From Octopus vulgaris (Eukaryota): 64,000 nucleotides of DNA. This document shows positions 39,096 through 53,724 of this stretch, piece by piece. Both the position numbers and the translations under genes were made by a program. Where the stretch lies: contig OX597818.1 in assembly GCA_951406725.2 (NCBI GenBank), positions 87,544,001 to 87,608,000 of the forward strand, in the 5' to 3' direction. How positions within the stretch are numbered: the stretch's first letter is position 1; each line of letters opens with the position of its first letter. The notes below the pieces were generated by a model, which did no database searches, was not told the origin of the DNA, and worked only from the letters and a program-made list of their open reading frames with translations.

Positions 39096-39957
39096 ATAAG
39101 ATCATTAAGAATGAAATGTTCGATTTTCTTATTCAACAAGTTTGACAGTTGTGAACTCTAATGGTTTATCCTGACAATTCTTTGTTTTACATCATTGAAG
39201 AGTTACATCATCACATTTCGAAATGCAATTCATGGTGTCTGATTATATTGTGACTTTTCTCTTATAAATCAATTTTTCTGAACCCACAGATCAATAAAAA
39301 AATTCGTGTTGTTTATGAATATGAGTTCTGTCATGGAACCAATGCATCACAGACAGCTCGAAACATCAATGAGGTGTTTGATGAAGATGTAGCGAATGAG
39401 TGCACTGTTCATCGATCGTTTGAGAAGTTCCACTCTGGTGACTTTACTCTTGAAAATCAAACCCGTGGTAGACTTGAGACCAAGGTGGATAATGATAAGC
39501 TGGAAACTGTAGTGGAAGCGGATACATTTCAAACTACGCGTGAGTTAGCAGCAAGATTTGATGTTTCAATTCCAACTGTATTGGACCATCTGAAACAAAT
39601 TGGTATGGTAAAGAAGCTGGACAACTGGGTACTACACCAACTGAAAGAGCATCAAATGAGATGTCGTCTTGAGACTTGCTGCTTTTTGCTGTCATGGCAT
39701 AAAGCAAACCATTTTTGCAACGTATTGTTACGTGTGATGTAAAATGGATTCTTTTCAACAATAGCAAGTGTTCTGCACAGTGGTTGGATAGATAAGAAAT
39801 GCCAAAAGACAATCCAAAAAAGAATATTCACCCCAAAAAGCTAATTGTGTCTGTTTGGTGGTCCAGCACTGGTGTCATCCACTACAGCTTCATGAGACCT
39901 GGTAAGTCAATTACAGCGGATCTATACATCAACCAACTGGATGAAATGATGAGTGAA

Positions 39958-39960
<3 letters not shown>
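39096..39960 (+). mobile_element. mariner transposon relic truncated at (TA)n
   Basis: YEF..GTNASQTARNINEVF, KKLDNWVLHQL, VTCDVKWILF and [19 protein letters not shown] motifs; frameshifted; the catalytic C-terminal part is missing. Confidence 0.88.
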
Positions 39961-40037
<77 letters not shown>

Positions 40038-40077
40038 AGTAGCATGACTCGAACCATTGATCTCTCGGTTAATATAC

Positions 40078-40118
<41 letters not shown>

Positions 40119-41143
40119 TTTCTGCATGGCCGTCAAGCCAAGTCAATTTGGGACGCCCACTTCTTCAAAATCTCTAAATTTGGCCCTGTTTTGGCGCCGA
40201 TGTTTTCATAAAATTTTCCGAAAATAAAAGTAAAATAATTTAACAAGCAGCTAATGTTTGAATAATAAACTTAATTACAATTTAATGAGTGGAATCCATT
40301 ATAAGATTTAATTGATCGAGCTTCCACATTTCGCAACTGAAAATATTTTGATGCCATATATTGTTATTGTTGGTGTTGTTGATAGTCTTATTATCGTTAT
40401 TATTGTTGCTGTTGTTGTTGTTGTTGTTGTTGTTACAGATTTTGTTTTGTATTTTTTAAAAACACTTTTTCTCATTTTTGTTGTTTGTATTGTTGGTGAT
40501 AGTAGTGGAGTTGATGATAGAGGTGGTGGTGGTGGTGGCAGTGGTGTTGATGTTTGTGATTTTCGTAGAAATCAAAATCGAATTTGGCAGGTAAATATAT
40601 TTTAGAACGCTGCAGGCACAAACGGATTTCCCATGTAAATATATTTCATTTCTCTAAATTCAGTTGTTTTGTGTCCTGAAGAAACAACACAGAAGCCTAT
40701 ACGTGGTAACAGAAAATGCTAGAAACCTCAGCCAATTCTACCCCATATCACAATTTTCCCTTATGATATCAACCCGCCTGAAATTTTACAAGGTTCTATG
40801 ACACACAATTTCTGTTTAAAGTAATGAAAGTGAAAACATCCCATCAATGTTTTATGGTAATTTCGGTTCCAGGTTCTGGTTTAATAGTTTTTTCCTCTTG
40901 TTTCTGACATTGGACTGTGGCCATGCAGGAGCACCACCTGGAAAGGTTCAATTGAACAAATCGACCCCAGTACATTCTGTAAGTCTTGTTTTTATTCTAT
41001 CGTTCTTTTTTGTTAAACCGCTAAGTTTCGGGGACGTAAACAAACCAGCACCGGTTGTCAGGCAGTGAAGGGGAACAAGTACACACCCAAAGACACAAAA
41101 AATATCTATATGTGTATATATGAATATATATATATATATATGC

Positions 41144-41175
<32 letters not shown>

Positions 41176-41483
41176 ATGTTTATGCAATAGAAACAATTGT
41201 TGGATTTTTAAGGTATGATCTAAAATAAAGATATGATTTTCTTCCTACATATTATTGATTATTGTTAATACACAGAATTTCTTAAAATTGTGCATAAGGA
41301 TTGTTGGATTTACCTGTCATACATGAGGATTTACCCGGAACTTGCATTCTACATACATTTACTTGTATCTGCTTGTTGGAAATTTGAATTTATTCTTTTA
41401 TACTGAGTGCTTGTTTGATATCTGCCAGGATTTTTTAATCCCATTTTTCTTATACACACACATATACACACACAGACACACAC

Positions 41484-41544
<61 letters not shown>

Positions 41545-41547
41545 CAC

Positions 41548-41607
<60 letters not shown>

Positions 41608-41774
41608 GATGGGCTTCCACACTGTTTCCATCTACCAAATTCACTCACAAGGCACTGGTCGGTTCGTAGATATTATAGAAAAGACTTGCTCAAGGTATCG
41701 CGCAGTGGTACTGAACCGGAAAGCAAGGATTGTAAAATGAGCTTTTGAAGCAAAAAACCTTGCCATTATATATC

Positions 41775-41922
<148 letters not shown>

Positions 41923-42089
41923 GTTATAGTAAAAATCCCAAATCTTGTTAAATACAGCTACCCAGGGAATCCTAGTCGAAATAATTTATTTCGCCAGTTT
42001 TGTTTGTGATCATTATTTAGGCTTGAAAAAATGATGAAATAAATTATTATTTCGATCAGGAAACCTTGGGTAGCTGGTATGTAAACAAT

Positions 42090-42860
42090 AATGAATTGTG
42101 GGCACACTGTATTTTGTTATGCAACCATAATATACTATAAAGTATATTTAATGCTTTTTATAACTCAATACCATGCTCTGCTGTGTTAGCAGTGTTCTTA
42201 CATTACTTGTTAAGCTTATCTACAGATATTCTATAGAAATTGTTGCTAGCACTGATTTTTGTGACAACGTTTCGCATCCGAGACGTCAAATATAAACAAG
42301 GAAAGCGAAGATGAAAAAAGGGCAATGGGCTTATATACCATGTTTCGGGAGTTTTTAATCCTTCATCAGTATCTATCTGACCCATTAATCATCCATGAAC
42401 ACATGGCTTAGATAGCCACTAAATACAACGGTGTAACGTTATTTGATATACCAGTTTTACATATTTACGTACCACCTTCCAGGAATGTGTTTAATACATA
42501 AAATTAGTACATCAAATAACGTTCACCACTGTATTTAGTGGTTATATAAGCAATAGACGATTAAAGGGTTAGGTGGATGTTGATGAAGCAGCAACCTCCC
42601 ACGAAATATGGCCTACACGCCCATTACCCCCTTTTCATCTTCGATTTCATTGTTAGTTTACACGTGACGTCCACGGTACGAAACGTCGTAACAAAAAACA
42701 GTGCTAATTTCTGTATAATATCTATAGAGATGACCTTAACAAGTGATGTTAAGAGCACTGCTAACACAGTAGAACGCAGTGTTGATATATAAAATCGTAT
42801 AAAATACCTTTTATTATATTATAGTTGCATAACGAAATTACGCATCCCTACAAGTCATCA
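42090..42860. repeat. long diverged inverted repeat (arms about 370 bp) containing a hammerhead
   Basis: Colinear complementary blocks along both arms (e.g. CTGTGTTAGCAGTGTTCTTA / TAAGAGCACTGCTAACACAG; CACTAAATACA / TGTATTTAGTG). A second hairpin lies at 41940-42090. Confidence 0.8.
42333..42373 (-). ncRNA. minimal type I hammerhead motif
   Basis: Minus strand: ATA-CTGATGA-a-GGA(ttaaaaac)TCC-c-GAAA-CATGG-TA-TAT. Confidence 0.7.
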
Positions 42861-43646
42861 ATAAAATACTAGGAGCAGGAAAGTAACAATTACGGTCTGC
42901 CTATATAAAGTATCAGATGTTTTTCTGTCGCATCGTGTATATGCACTTTTTAAGTAGCAGTTGATGATATGTGCGATGTACTACTCCCTATAAAAATGGT
43001 GCATGCGGAAATTTACAGATGTTTCTTGCTTAACACAGATTTTTTTTATTTCTACTGTTACATGCTGAGCCTATAGGATTCCTCTATGTATTGTCTAATG
43101 ATGTCATTTCTTTCTTATGAGAGATGACAATTGAAAGATGCAGAAAAGTGTCTACTGTCTAACGGTTTTCATATAACATACATACGTATATATGCCTATT
43201 TGATTCTCCTCTTTGGCTCTGTCTCTCTCTGTCTCTCTCTCTCTCTCTCACTCTCTCTCTCTCTCTCTCACTCTCTCTCTCTCTCTCACTCTCTCTCACA
43301 CACACACTTTATATATATGTATATAGCAAAACATACGTTTTATATATACATATATATATGTGTGTGTATATATACATGTATGCTTGTATACACACACACA
43401 TATATTTACAGACATACACATACATGTAGGCAGAAAAAAATACAGAGATCGATAGGTAGAGACAGAGAGGGCGACAGAGAGAGAGAGAGAAAGATGGAGA
43501 TTTGTACATCAATGGTTTTTTTCATATTACACATATATTTGAGAGTATATCTATCTATTGATCTATTTGTCAGTCGGTCTGTTTGTCTGTCCGTCTGTCT
43601 GTATACAGTTGGATGCATATAAATGTATATACATACACACACACAT

Positions 43647-43678
<32 letters not shown>

Positions 43679-43784
43679 TTCTATAAGTATATTTGTGTCT
43701 GTGTTTGAGAGGGTATATATATAAATATATGCATGTATGTATTTGCAAGTGTATATCGAAGTATTTATTTGCTTGTGTGTATGT

Positions 43785-43852
<68 letters not shown>

Positions 43853-44267
43853 GTGTATGTGTGCGCGCACACGCACGTGTGTGTTTGGTTGTTATGTATC
43901 TGTACATGTGGTATGCAACCATAAATATTTAGATAAGGGTATGCATATTTATGTTTTAGCATCTCCAATAAATATTACGAGACAAAAACATGGTTATGAG
44001 TGTATATATATGCGATTCGGCCCCGGATTACATTTATATTATATACACGTCCTTGTATATACACATGCATACAAGTATCAACCGGGATGTATATTCTTGT
44101 ACGAATACTTATCGGTGTTTCTATAAATGCATGAGTATAATTGCGATGTGATGTATGTATTTACGTACATACATATACATAAACATACATACATATATAC
44201 ATGAATACATATGAATACATATATATATTTATATAAATACATATATACACACACACATGCACACACA

Positions 44268-44303
<36 letters not shown>

Positions 44304-44402
44304 TCTGTGTATATACAAATATATACAACATATAAATGTGCATATATATGTATGTGTGTGTATATTATGTATGTGTGTGTGCATATATATATATGTATTT
44401 AT

Positions 44403-44446
<44 letters not shown>

Positions 44447-44495
44447 ATGTATGTATACGCACATACACTATCAGCTTCACAGGTTCATGTACATA

Positions 44496-44532
<37 letters not shown>

Positions 44533-44568
44533 TTATGTATGTACACGAACACACACATATCTACATAC

Positions 44569-44621
<53 letters not shown>

Positions 44622-44627
44622 ATATAT

Positions 44628-44694
<67 letters not shown>

Positions 44695-44793
44695 TATATA
44701 TGCTTATACATAGGTATATAGATGGATAGATGGATGGACAGACTCAAAGAAGACATAGATAAATAGGCAGACAGACTGATAGATCGATCAATC

Positions 44794-44874
<81 letters not shown>

Positions 44875-44979
44875 TTAGATAGATGTATAGAGCGAATGAC
44901 CGTGAGATAGCCTTGCTTTTATAATCTTGGTTTCCTGTCTGCAGTAAGATGTGTAAATGAATATTTATGCACGTGGGCG

Positions 44980-45029
<50 letters not shown>

Positions 45030-45349
45030 GAGTGAGAGAGAGGAAGAGAGAGAGTATGAATGAGAGACCATGTGAGCTTGTGTAAGTGTACAGCGATGTG
45101 CACATATTTGTATGTGTGAGTGTGTGTGTGTGTTTGTGTGTGTGTTCTTTTCGTTTGTACGTCAAAGATTCATTACAAGTAAATGCATGTCTTGTACGTT
45201 ACGTTCATTTTAACAAATAATAACATCCACAATAACATGAAGAATAATAGCATATTCTGTAAATGATAACACCGGATAGATTAACAGCTCCATATCAACG
45301 TCGCCGTCGCCGTCGTTGTTGTTGTCGCCATCCTCATCGTCATTACCAT

Positions 45350-45632
45350 TATCGTCGTCGTCGTCATTTTGATCGTTATCTTCATCATCATTAACATCGT
45401 CATCACCACTATCATCATCATCATTTTGATCATTATCTTCATCATCATTAACATCGTCATCACCACTATCGTCGTCATCATTTTGATCATTATCTTCATC
45501 ATCATTAACATCGTCATCACCACTATCGTCGTCATCATTTTGATCATTATCTTCATCATCATTAACATCGTCATCACCACTATCGTCGTCATCATTTTGA
45601 TCATTATCTTCATAATCATTAACATCGTCATC
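45350..45632. repeat. 57-bp minisatellite (about 5 copies) built from degenerate TCA/TCG triplets
   Basis: Unit ATCATTTTGATCATTATCTTCATCATCATTAACATCGTCATCACCACTATCGTCGTC. Confidence 0.85.
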
Positions 45633-45867
45633 GTTGTCGTATATTGTCATCCTAGTCGTCCGTGCCTTGTCCTCTTCGCCTCGTCGTTGTCGTTATCATC
45701 ATCATCGCCATCCTCGTCATCCTCGTCGTCGGCACGTCCTTGTCATCATCAGCATCGCCTTCGTCATCATTCACCACCACTACCATCATTAGTGATGATA
45801 TAAAAAAACACAAATGCTTATAACAAAACAGAAAACCATGACAACCACCACCACCACCACCACCACC

Positions 45868-45900
<33 letters not shown>

Positions 45901-46044
45901 GCAACAACAATAAGAACAAAATCACAGCAACTACGATATCAACAATCGTTGCTTGTAATTCAAGTACGACAAGTAATTTTTAGTGTCTGTCAGTGTTAGT
46001 AAATTACACAACTCCTGTATTTGACTGGTACTTTATTTTATCTA

Positions 46045-46600
46045 AACTGTGCGGTAGGTGCATTTGTTCTAGAATCTTTTCCTCCTCTTCCATTTCGATC
46101 TAGAGGAGGATATCTACTGTGGTCTCTGACCAAAACATCCTATCATTTCGCTTCACTTCGAGAGGGGTTTCACTACCCTCTAGATTGACACACGCCAGGA
46201 ACCATCAAATGTCTAACTCAGGCGGAACGCATTCCATCTTAACGTGACAAGTATGTCTCCTTAAATAGGTTATGTAGAGGGTGAATTCAATACGAGTGAT
46301 TCTCTCTTGAAGGGGTTCTTTACGCTCCTAGACTGTCTTGCCCTCTTCACATGATCTCTTTCCACTTAGGCGTATATCACTACTTCTAAGCGTCTGGTTT
46401 TAGTCGATACACGTTGATTCGCGACCGTCTTCCGAGCAGTTACTGCTAAGTCCTCGGCTGTCATAGCAACTTGTACTCTTATCCCATTCAACTTCATAAG
46501 TTTCTTCGCTTTTGAGAGTCGTGCCTCCTTATCGCTTAGCGAGAGCGAAAAATATTGCATTGATTTTTCAGCCATCCCTGCAAAAAATTGTCTGCATATG
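46045..46600 (-). pseudogene. degraded coding-like fragment, possibly LINE ORF1
   Basis: High-complexity island with stop-interrupted frames (QVAMTAEDLAVTARKTV; TYLRRHTCHVKMECVPPELDI*WFLA). Similar islands occur at 17160-17432 and 47420-47760. The assignment is tentative. Confidence 0.35.
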
Positions 46601-46654
46601 GTTTCCTTCATCCACTTGCTTGTCGTCATCGTCATTCATGCTGTTATTGTCATT

Positions 46655-47153
46655 TTGTTATCATTCTGCGTGCGTAAGCGAAAACAGGGTATTGTAATCA
46701 TTCATCTTTGCCTGTCTGTGTGTTTGCAAAATTACCGGAAAACGGCAGAACGGATTTTTACCAAATTTGGCAGAAATACTCATTGGGAGAGTGGCTCAAA
46801 ATTATGAAAATTTGATTCGATTATCTTCAAACTTACATATATACATGCATAAATATGCGACTCTGTGTGTGTGCGTGTGTACAATGATAATAATGGTGAT
46901 ACTTAAAATAAAATAGTTTTTTTTTTTTTTGAAGTTGAACTTACAAATTTGCCGATAAGCAGGTGGTCATATTATTTATATCCTACAACGAACTACAGTA
47001 CATTTGACTCATTTTATGCTATCTTTCTCTATTTTTAATTCAAAACACCCTAAAATAACATTGAAATTTCTTTGCCAACTCGTTTTTAACGTTTTCGCGA
47101 AAAAAAAATTTATCTGCGCGTAGGGTATGCATCACCCCCTCCGATGCCTTTTT
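46655..47153 (+). mobile_element. Helentron-associated non-autonomous element (HINE/DINE-1-like)
   Basis: T-rich flanks; 5' ..CAGGGTATTGTAATC..CTGTCTGTGTG..GAACGGATTTTTACCAAATTTGG; 3' GTAGGGTAT plus a GCATC...GATGC hairpin and TTTT. Confidence 0.55.
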
Positions 47154-47831
47154 CTTTCATTGTTAGTGTTTTTGCCGTTGCCATTGCTTCTTTTGATGTC
47201 GTTGTTGTTGTTGTTGTTGTTGTTGTTGTTGCCTTCAGTGCTGTTATTTTTGCTGCTGCTATTCTGCCGCTGTTATTACCACTTCCGCCTCTGCTGCTGC
47301 TGCTGCTGCTGCTGCAGCTACTACCGCTGATGTTGTTACTACTTCTTTGTTGCTGCTGTCGTTCCTTTTGCTTATTTTGTTGTCGTTGTATTTGTTGCTG
47401 TTACTGCTACTCTCATCTACCGCTAAGTAGAACTTTGAACTAGTTGAGCTTTGAACTTTGAGTAAAGAAATTTTCTCTTCTACTTTCGTGAACAGAACGC
47501 TCTCTCCGCTAACAATGCTGATGCTGCTTATGTCGCTTTTGCTAATGTTATTACTGTTGTTCTCGAGTCCCTGCTCTCTAATGAGACTGGTAGCGGTATG
47601 ATGCTTTTCTGCTACCTCCTTATTGAAATAGATGGCTTTAACAACACCATAACTTAAAACATAAGTTCTCCCCTTCACAAGCGAACTGAGATGCGAGTTA
47701 AGCTCTAAGAAAAGTTAAAATAGAGTAAACAAATCATTTCCAACAAAATTCAACAAGCCTTACAGAGTCGACGCAGACACGTGTAAGCAAGACGACGACG
47801 ATGATGATGGTGGTGGTGGTGGTGGTGAGGA

Positions 47832-47865
<34 letters not shown>

Positions 47866-47870
47866 GTTGG

Positions 47871-47904
<34 letters not shown>

Positions 47905-47908
47905 AATG

Positions 47909-48032
<124 letters not shown>

Positions 48033-48046
48033 TAATAGTAATAATA

Positions 48047-48604
48047 AATGCCCTGATGTAGTACCAGGCAGTGGCTCTCATGGCTTCTAATCTTAACTGA
48101 CTGGAAGTGTTATCATGTACATTCTTTTGTCTTGGTATAAAAGATGGTCTACAGCAAATATTCTGCTCAATACTACAAATTTGCTTGTCAATTGTTTGAC
48201 CATAATCAGTTGAGCATGTCCCTTAGTGGCTGACGATATGTGCATCTCTGATCACGAGCAGAAGGAGTGGGGAAGCATCATAGCCGTGTGTTGAAAGGAA
48301 TTCTTAGAGGTTTGGATAATTCACCTTTGGAAACATGGATGGTTCGTTCAACATCCGTAAGCAACCCTTATTCAAGGACCTTTTGAGCGGGATGGGCTAC
48401 TCGACCTGAAAGAAATTCTAACTGGGCCCCACCTGCAAGGTCATGCGCTGTTTATCTTGATGTGAGATCACCATGTCGCGCTCATATGGTTGTGATGCAT
48501 GTGCCTGGTGTACTCTTATCAGACGGGTAGTCATGGTGGGTATACTGGGTTTCGTATATTTTACCCCAGTGTCACTTTGATGGCATGAACTGCCCTCTCA
48601 CTCA
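48047..48604 (-). mobile_element. non-coding (TAA)n-embedded repeat, longer copy (about 560 bp)
   Basis: Homologous to 20591-20921; pure (TAA)n on both sides. Confidence 0.78.
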
Positions 48605-48605
48605 G

Positions 48606-48674
<69 letters not shown>

Positions 48675-48689
48675 TAATAATAATAATAG

Positions 48690-48912
48690 CTTCAAATTTT
48701 TCCACAAGGGCACCAATTTTTGGAGGCAGGGGATGAGTTCATTACACTGACTCCATTTTTTCACTGGTACTTGTTTTATCGACCCCGAAAGGATGACAGG
48801 CAAAGTTAACCTCGGCGGAATTTGAACTCAGAACGTAAAGACAGACGAAATGCCGATACGCATTTTGCCCGGCGTGCTAACAGTTCTGCCAGCTCGCTGT
48901 TTAATAATAATA

Positions 48913-48982
<70 letters not shown>

Positions 48983-49365
48983 TAATAATAATAATAATAA
49001 TAGTAATAATAAAAATAATCCTTTCTACTATATGTACAAGGCCTGAATTTTTGGGGAAGAGGACTAGTCGATTACATCGACCCCAGTACTTGACTTGTAC
49101 TTAATTTATCGACCCTGAAAGGCAAAGTCAACCCCGGCGGAATTTGAACTCAGAACATAAAGACGGAAGAAATTTCGATAAGCGTTTCGTCCGGTATGCT
49201 AACGTTTCTGTCTACTTGTCACTTTAATAATAAAAATGATAACCTTTCCTACTATAGGCACAAGCCCTGAAATTTGAGAGGAGGGGAACTGTTGATTACT
49301 TATTTTAGTCGACCTCGAAAGGGTGTTAGACAAAGTCGACCTCGGCGGAATTTGAACTCAGAACC
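48690..49365 (-). mobile_element. SINE family A copies interleaved with (AAT)n
   Basis: Reverse-complement family A cores. Confidence 0.75.
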
Positions 49366-49794
49366 AGAAGAAATGTTGCCATGTAACAAGAACGAGTTAA
49401 TTTTTTCACTCTATTGTCTCGCGTCCTGGTTAACTGGACTGTGCCTAAGAAATATTCCCGCAGACACAATAATAATTTTTGTAGCGAGATTTGGAAACAA
49501 ATATACATAAAAAAAAAGGCGCATCATTGTGCTAACTGCAGAAAACATCCAGAAGTATATAGAAACACCCAGAAAGTTGCGGAAGTGTACTTAACACCAT
49601 CTTGTTTTTAATCAGACGGCAGTGATGTTTTGCCTGTCAAGGAGGACATAAAATAAATGGATTTAGCAACGAGGGAAAAAGAAAAATGTGGCTTTATTTT
49701 TCATAATTTGATCAACTATTGGCGTATGATTTATAACATTGTCAGTTTAGTTGATAGTCTGTAGATATCGCTTTTTATTATTTGTGTTTTGGAA

Positions 49795-50815
49795 AGGCGG
49801 CGAGCTGGCAGAATAGTTAGCACGCCGGGCAAAATGCTTAGCGGTATTTCGTCTGTCGCTACGTTCTGAGTTCAAATTCCACCGAGGTCGAGTTTGCCTT
49901 TCATCCTTTCGGGGTCGATTAAATAAGTACCAGTTACGCACTGGGGCCGATATAATCGACTTAATCCGTTTGTCTGTCCTTGTTTGTCCTCTCTCTTTTT
50001 AGCTCCTTGTGGGTAGTAAAGAAATAGCTTTTTCATCTTTCGCTACGTTCTGAGTTCAAATTTCGCCAAGGTCGACTCTGCCTTTCATCCTTTCGGGGTC
50101 GATTAAATAAGTACCAGTTACGCACTGGAATCGATATAATCGACTTAATCCGTTTGTCTGTCCTTGTTTGTCCTCTCTCTGTTTAGCCCCTTGTGGGTAG
50201 TAAAGAAATAGCTTTTTCATCTATCGCTACGTTCTGAGTTCAAATTTCACCAAGGTCGACTTTGCCTTTCATCCTTTCGGGGTCGATTAAATAAGTACCA
50301 GTTACGCATTGGGGTCGATATAATCGACTTAATCCGTTTGCCTGTCCTTTTTTGTCCCCTCTGTATGTAGCTCCTTGTGGGCAGTAAAGAAATAAGAAAC
50401 GTTAGCACGCCGGACAAAATGCTCAATGGTAGTTCATCCGATTTTAAGTTCTGAGTTCAAATTCCGCCGAGATCGACTTTGCCTTTCATCGTTTCAGGAT
50501 CGATAAATTAAGTAACAGTTGCGTACAGGGGTCGATCAAATCCACTGGCCCTCTCCCCCAAAATTTCGGGCCCTGTGCCCTAGAGTAGAAAAGGATCTTT
50601 GTATAAAACGAGCTGGCAGAAACGATAGCACGTTGAGCGAAATGCTTAGCGGTATTTCGTCTGTCGTTACGTTCTGAGTTCAAATTCCGCCGATGTCGAC
50701 TTTGACTTTCATCCTTTTGGGCATGATAAAAAAAATACCAGTTGCATACTGGGTCGATCTAATCGACTGGTCCCTTCCCCAAATATTTCGGGCCTTGTGC
50801 TTAGAGTAGAAAAGA
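49795..50815 (+). mobile_element. tandem array of SINE family A units (about 184-bp period in 49857-50395)
   Basis: Repeated CGCTACGTTCTGAGTTCAAAT...GTAAAGAAATAGCTTTTTCATC junctions. Confidence 0.85.
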
Positions 50816-51055
50816 ATATTTCTATAATAGAATCGATTATGTTATTAGTGCTGTTGCTAAGAACCCCGTTTTATAGGCCATAGTTTCTGTAAACATCTTT
50901 GTTTACATCTCGTGTCTAATCAGGTGTGAGCTTTTGTCGAGATTAAAAGAAGTTTCCAGTGGAGAGGATTCAATAAGGGCGATGGAAACCTCCAAGTAGC
51001 TTGTCCGTGTTGCTCCACATCTCCATATTCCCTTCTTCTTCTCTCTGCATATGTT

Positions 51056-51108
<53 letters not shown>

Positions 51109-51246
51109 GTAACCGCTGCCGCCACCACCTCCACCGCCTCCACTGCCTCCACCACCACCACCACCACCACTTCGACTGCTACTACTACCACGACTAACGC
51201 CGTTACTACTAATACTACTACCACCACCACCACCACCACCACCACC

Positions 51247-51326
<80 letters not shown>

Positions 51327-52199
51327 CGTACACATCGCATTACTGCAGCCATTGCAACAACGATTCTTGCAGATACATCTCTGCAACTACCACCATACAA
51401 CTACAGTCAACACTACTACATTATTACAGCTGGTACTACAACAGACCTTAAGTCTTACCACCACAATACTATAGTCCACACCAAAGCCTATACTACACTA
51501 CAATCTCTTGGCTACACTTCTGCTGTTGCTGCTGCACACATCACAACAAACCACACCACTCTACAAGTCCCAAACTGCAACAATCTTAATATTTCTACTA
51601 CTACGCCCACACCTCTACAATTACCACCATACTACTACAGCCAATACTACAATACTATTGTCTGTGCTATAATATTTCCTACAGTTACTTGTCTGCATTC
51701 ATCAACTCTTCGCTACAGTTACTACCACAGCACTGTAACCATTACAAAACTATATCTACAATTACATTTAACAACTGCAACCTAACCACAACGGCGAACA
51801 CCACACTAGCACTTCCACTACCATAGTCAATACAACTGTTGTTATAGCTACATTTCTACACTGCAACCATACTACTACTGTTCATACCACAGTACTACAG
51901 CCAACCCACAACCACTCTTACAACTACATTTCAGCAAGTACAACCGCACCGTTACCGCCAACATTACGCTACCACTTCCACCACTACAACCAATGCAATT
52001 ATTCTTACAACTACATTTATACACTACAACCACCCCACTACAGTTCGTACCACAGTACTACAACCAGCACACCACTATCCTTATAGCTACATTTTAACAA
52101 CAACAACCGCATCACTACCACCAACATTAACTACAAATACCATAACTACAAACTTAGCCAACACAACTAGTCCTACTGTTACATTTCTACAGGTACCAC

Positions 52200-52802
52200 C
52201 TCATTACACAGCTATGCTCTTTCACCACACAACTACAGACAAGAACACAATGCTACAAGTTTCACGGCTTCCCTCTAATATGTTGCCCAACCACACAACT
52301 ACATCCAACACAGCAACACTATATCTTAGATATAGTTACATAACCAGGAATAAAGTTATATATTTAACCAGGGGTTATTGCCCTGCTGTCTGCTTCAACA
52401 GATTTCATTGCTCTTTCACCACACAAAACTACAGACAAGACCGCAGTGCTACAGCTTTCACGGCATCCCTCTACTATGTTGCCTCACCACACACCTGCAG
52501 CCAACACAACAACACTATATCTTAGATATAGGAATAAAGTTATATATTTAACCAGTAGTTGTTGCCCTGCTGTCTGCTTCAATAGATTTTATGGCTCTTT
52601 CACCACACAAAACTACAGACAAAACTACAGACAAAACCGCAATGCTACAGCTTTCACGGCTTCCCTCTACTATGCTGCCTCACCACACAACTACAGCCAA
52701 CACAACAACACTATATCTTAGATATAGTTAGATAACCAGGAATAAAGTTATATATTTAACCAGGAGTTATTGCCCTGCTGTCTGCTTCAATCGATTTCAC
52801 GG
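52200..52802. repeat. tandem repeat, about 3 copies of a roughly 200-bp unit
   Basis: ACACTATATCTTAGATATAG...AGGAATAAAGTTATATATTTAACCAG...TGCCCTGCTGTCTGCTTCAA occurs three times. Confidence 0.85.
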
Positions 52803-53613
52803 TAACGAGTAAATATTCTGTTTACTTTTTTCACTAACATTTCAAATATTTACTCTCTATACTACTATAGAAAACGTGTATTCCTTGTATTAGCGTTAAA
52901 CTATTTACTCTTCCTGATATCATTGTTTAATCTTTGTTTACTCGTTTCTCTATCATCGAACATCAGTCGAGAGGTTCTCTTTTGATGTGAAAGTTTAAAA
53001 ATTTGTTGTTGCAATGTAAATCTAATTGGTTAAGTCACCGTTGACTGATGCCACATCTTCTGTGATTACTGTCTGCGAAACCCATGGCTTTGCTTTCACA
53101 GTAAACTGGCAATGGCATACGTTTTGATTTGACAAACATATTCCAGACTAAACAGTCGAACAATCATAGCTGAATGAACACATGTTTCCTTTAACGTAAA
53201 ATTTTCAACCGTGATGGTCACACTCGAGGGGTTAGCACTCAATGAGTTGAATTCGTGTATTCTATTCCTCTTTGGAACTATTTCTCTTGATTTACGCCAA
53301 TAATGATCTTAGGAAATGGACAAATGTACAAATTTCCCATTTCCTATTCACAAACAACCCTTAAACATTATATAAAATTCAGTTTAACTTATATTTCATT
53401 TTCTTATTTTTAGTTTAATTTTTAAGACTGTATACATTCTGTATTTTAATAAGGAAACCTCTACATATGATTCAGACAATATTTGAAATCTGGATATGAG
53501 ACGTTTTGGCATAGCCGTTTCGGTGCCTGCCTATTCGGTGTCGCTAATTTGACACTGAATTATTTGGCATCAGAACTTTTAATGTTTCTCTCGTTTTACC
53601 CCTGTCTTTCTTT

Positions 53614-53663
<50 letters not shown>

Positions 53664-53724
53664 TTTTTTTTTCTGTTAATATGTTTGAGCATATTTCGCT
53701 TTATGTGAATATGTGAAGCATATT

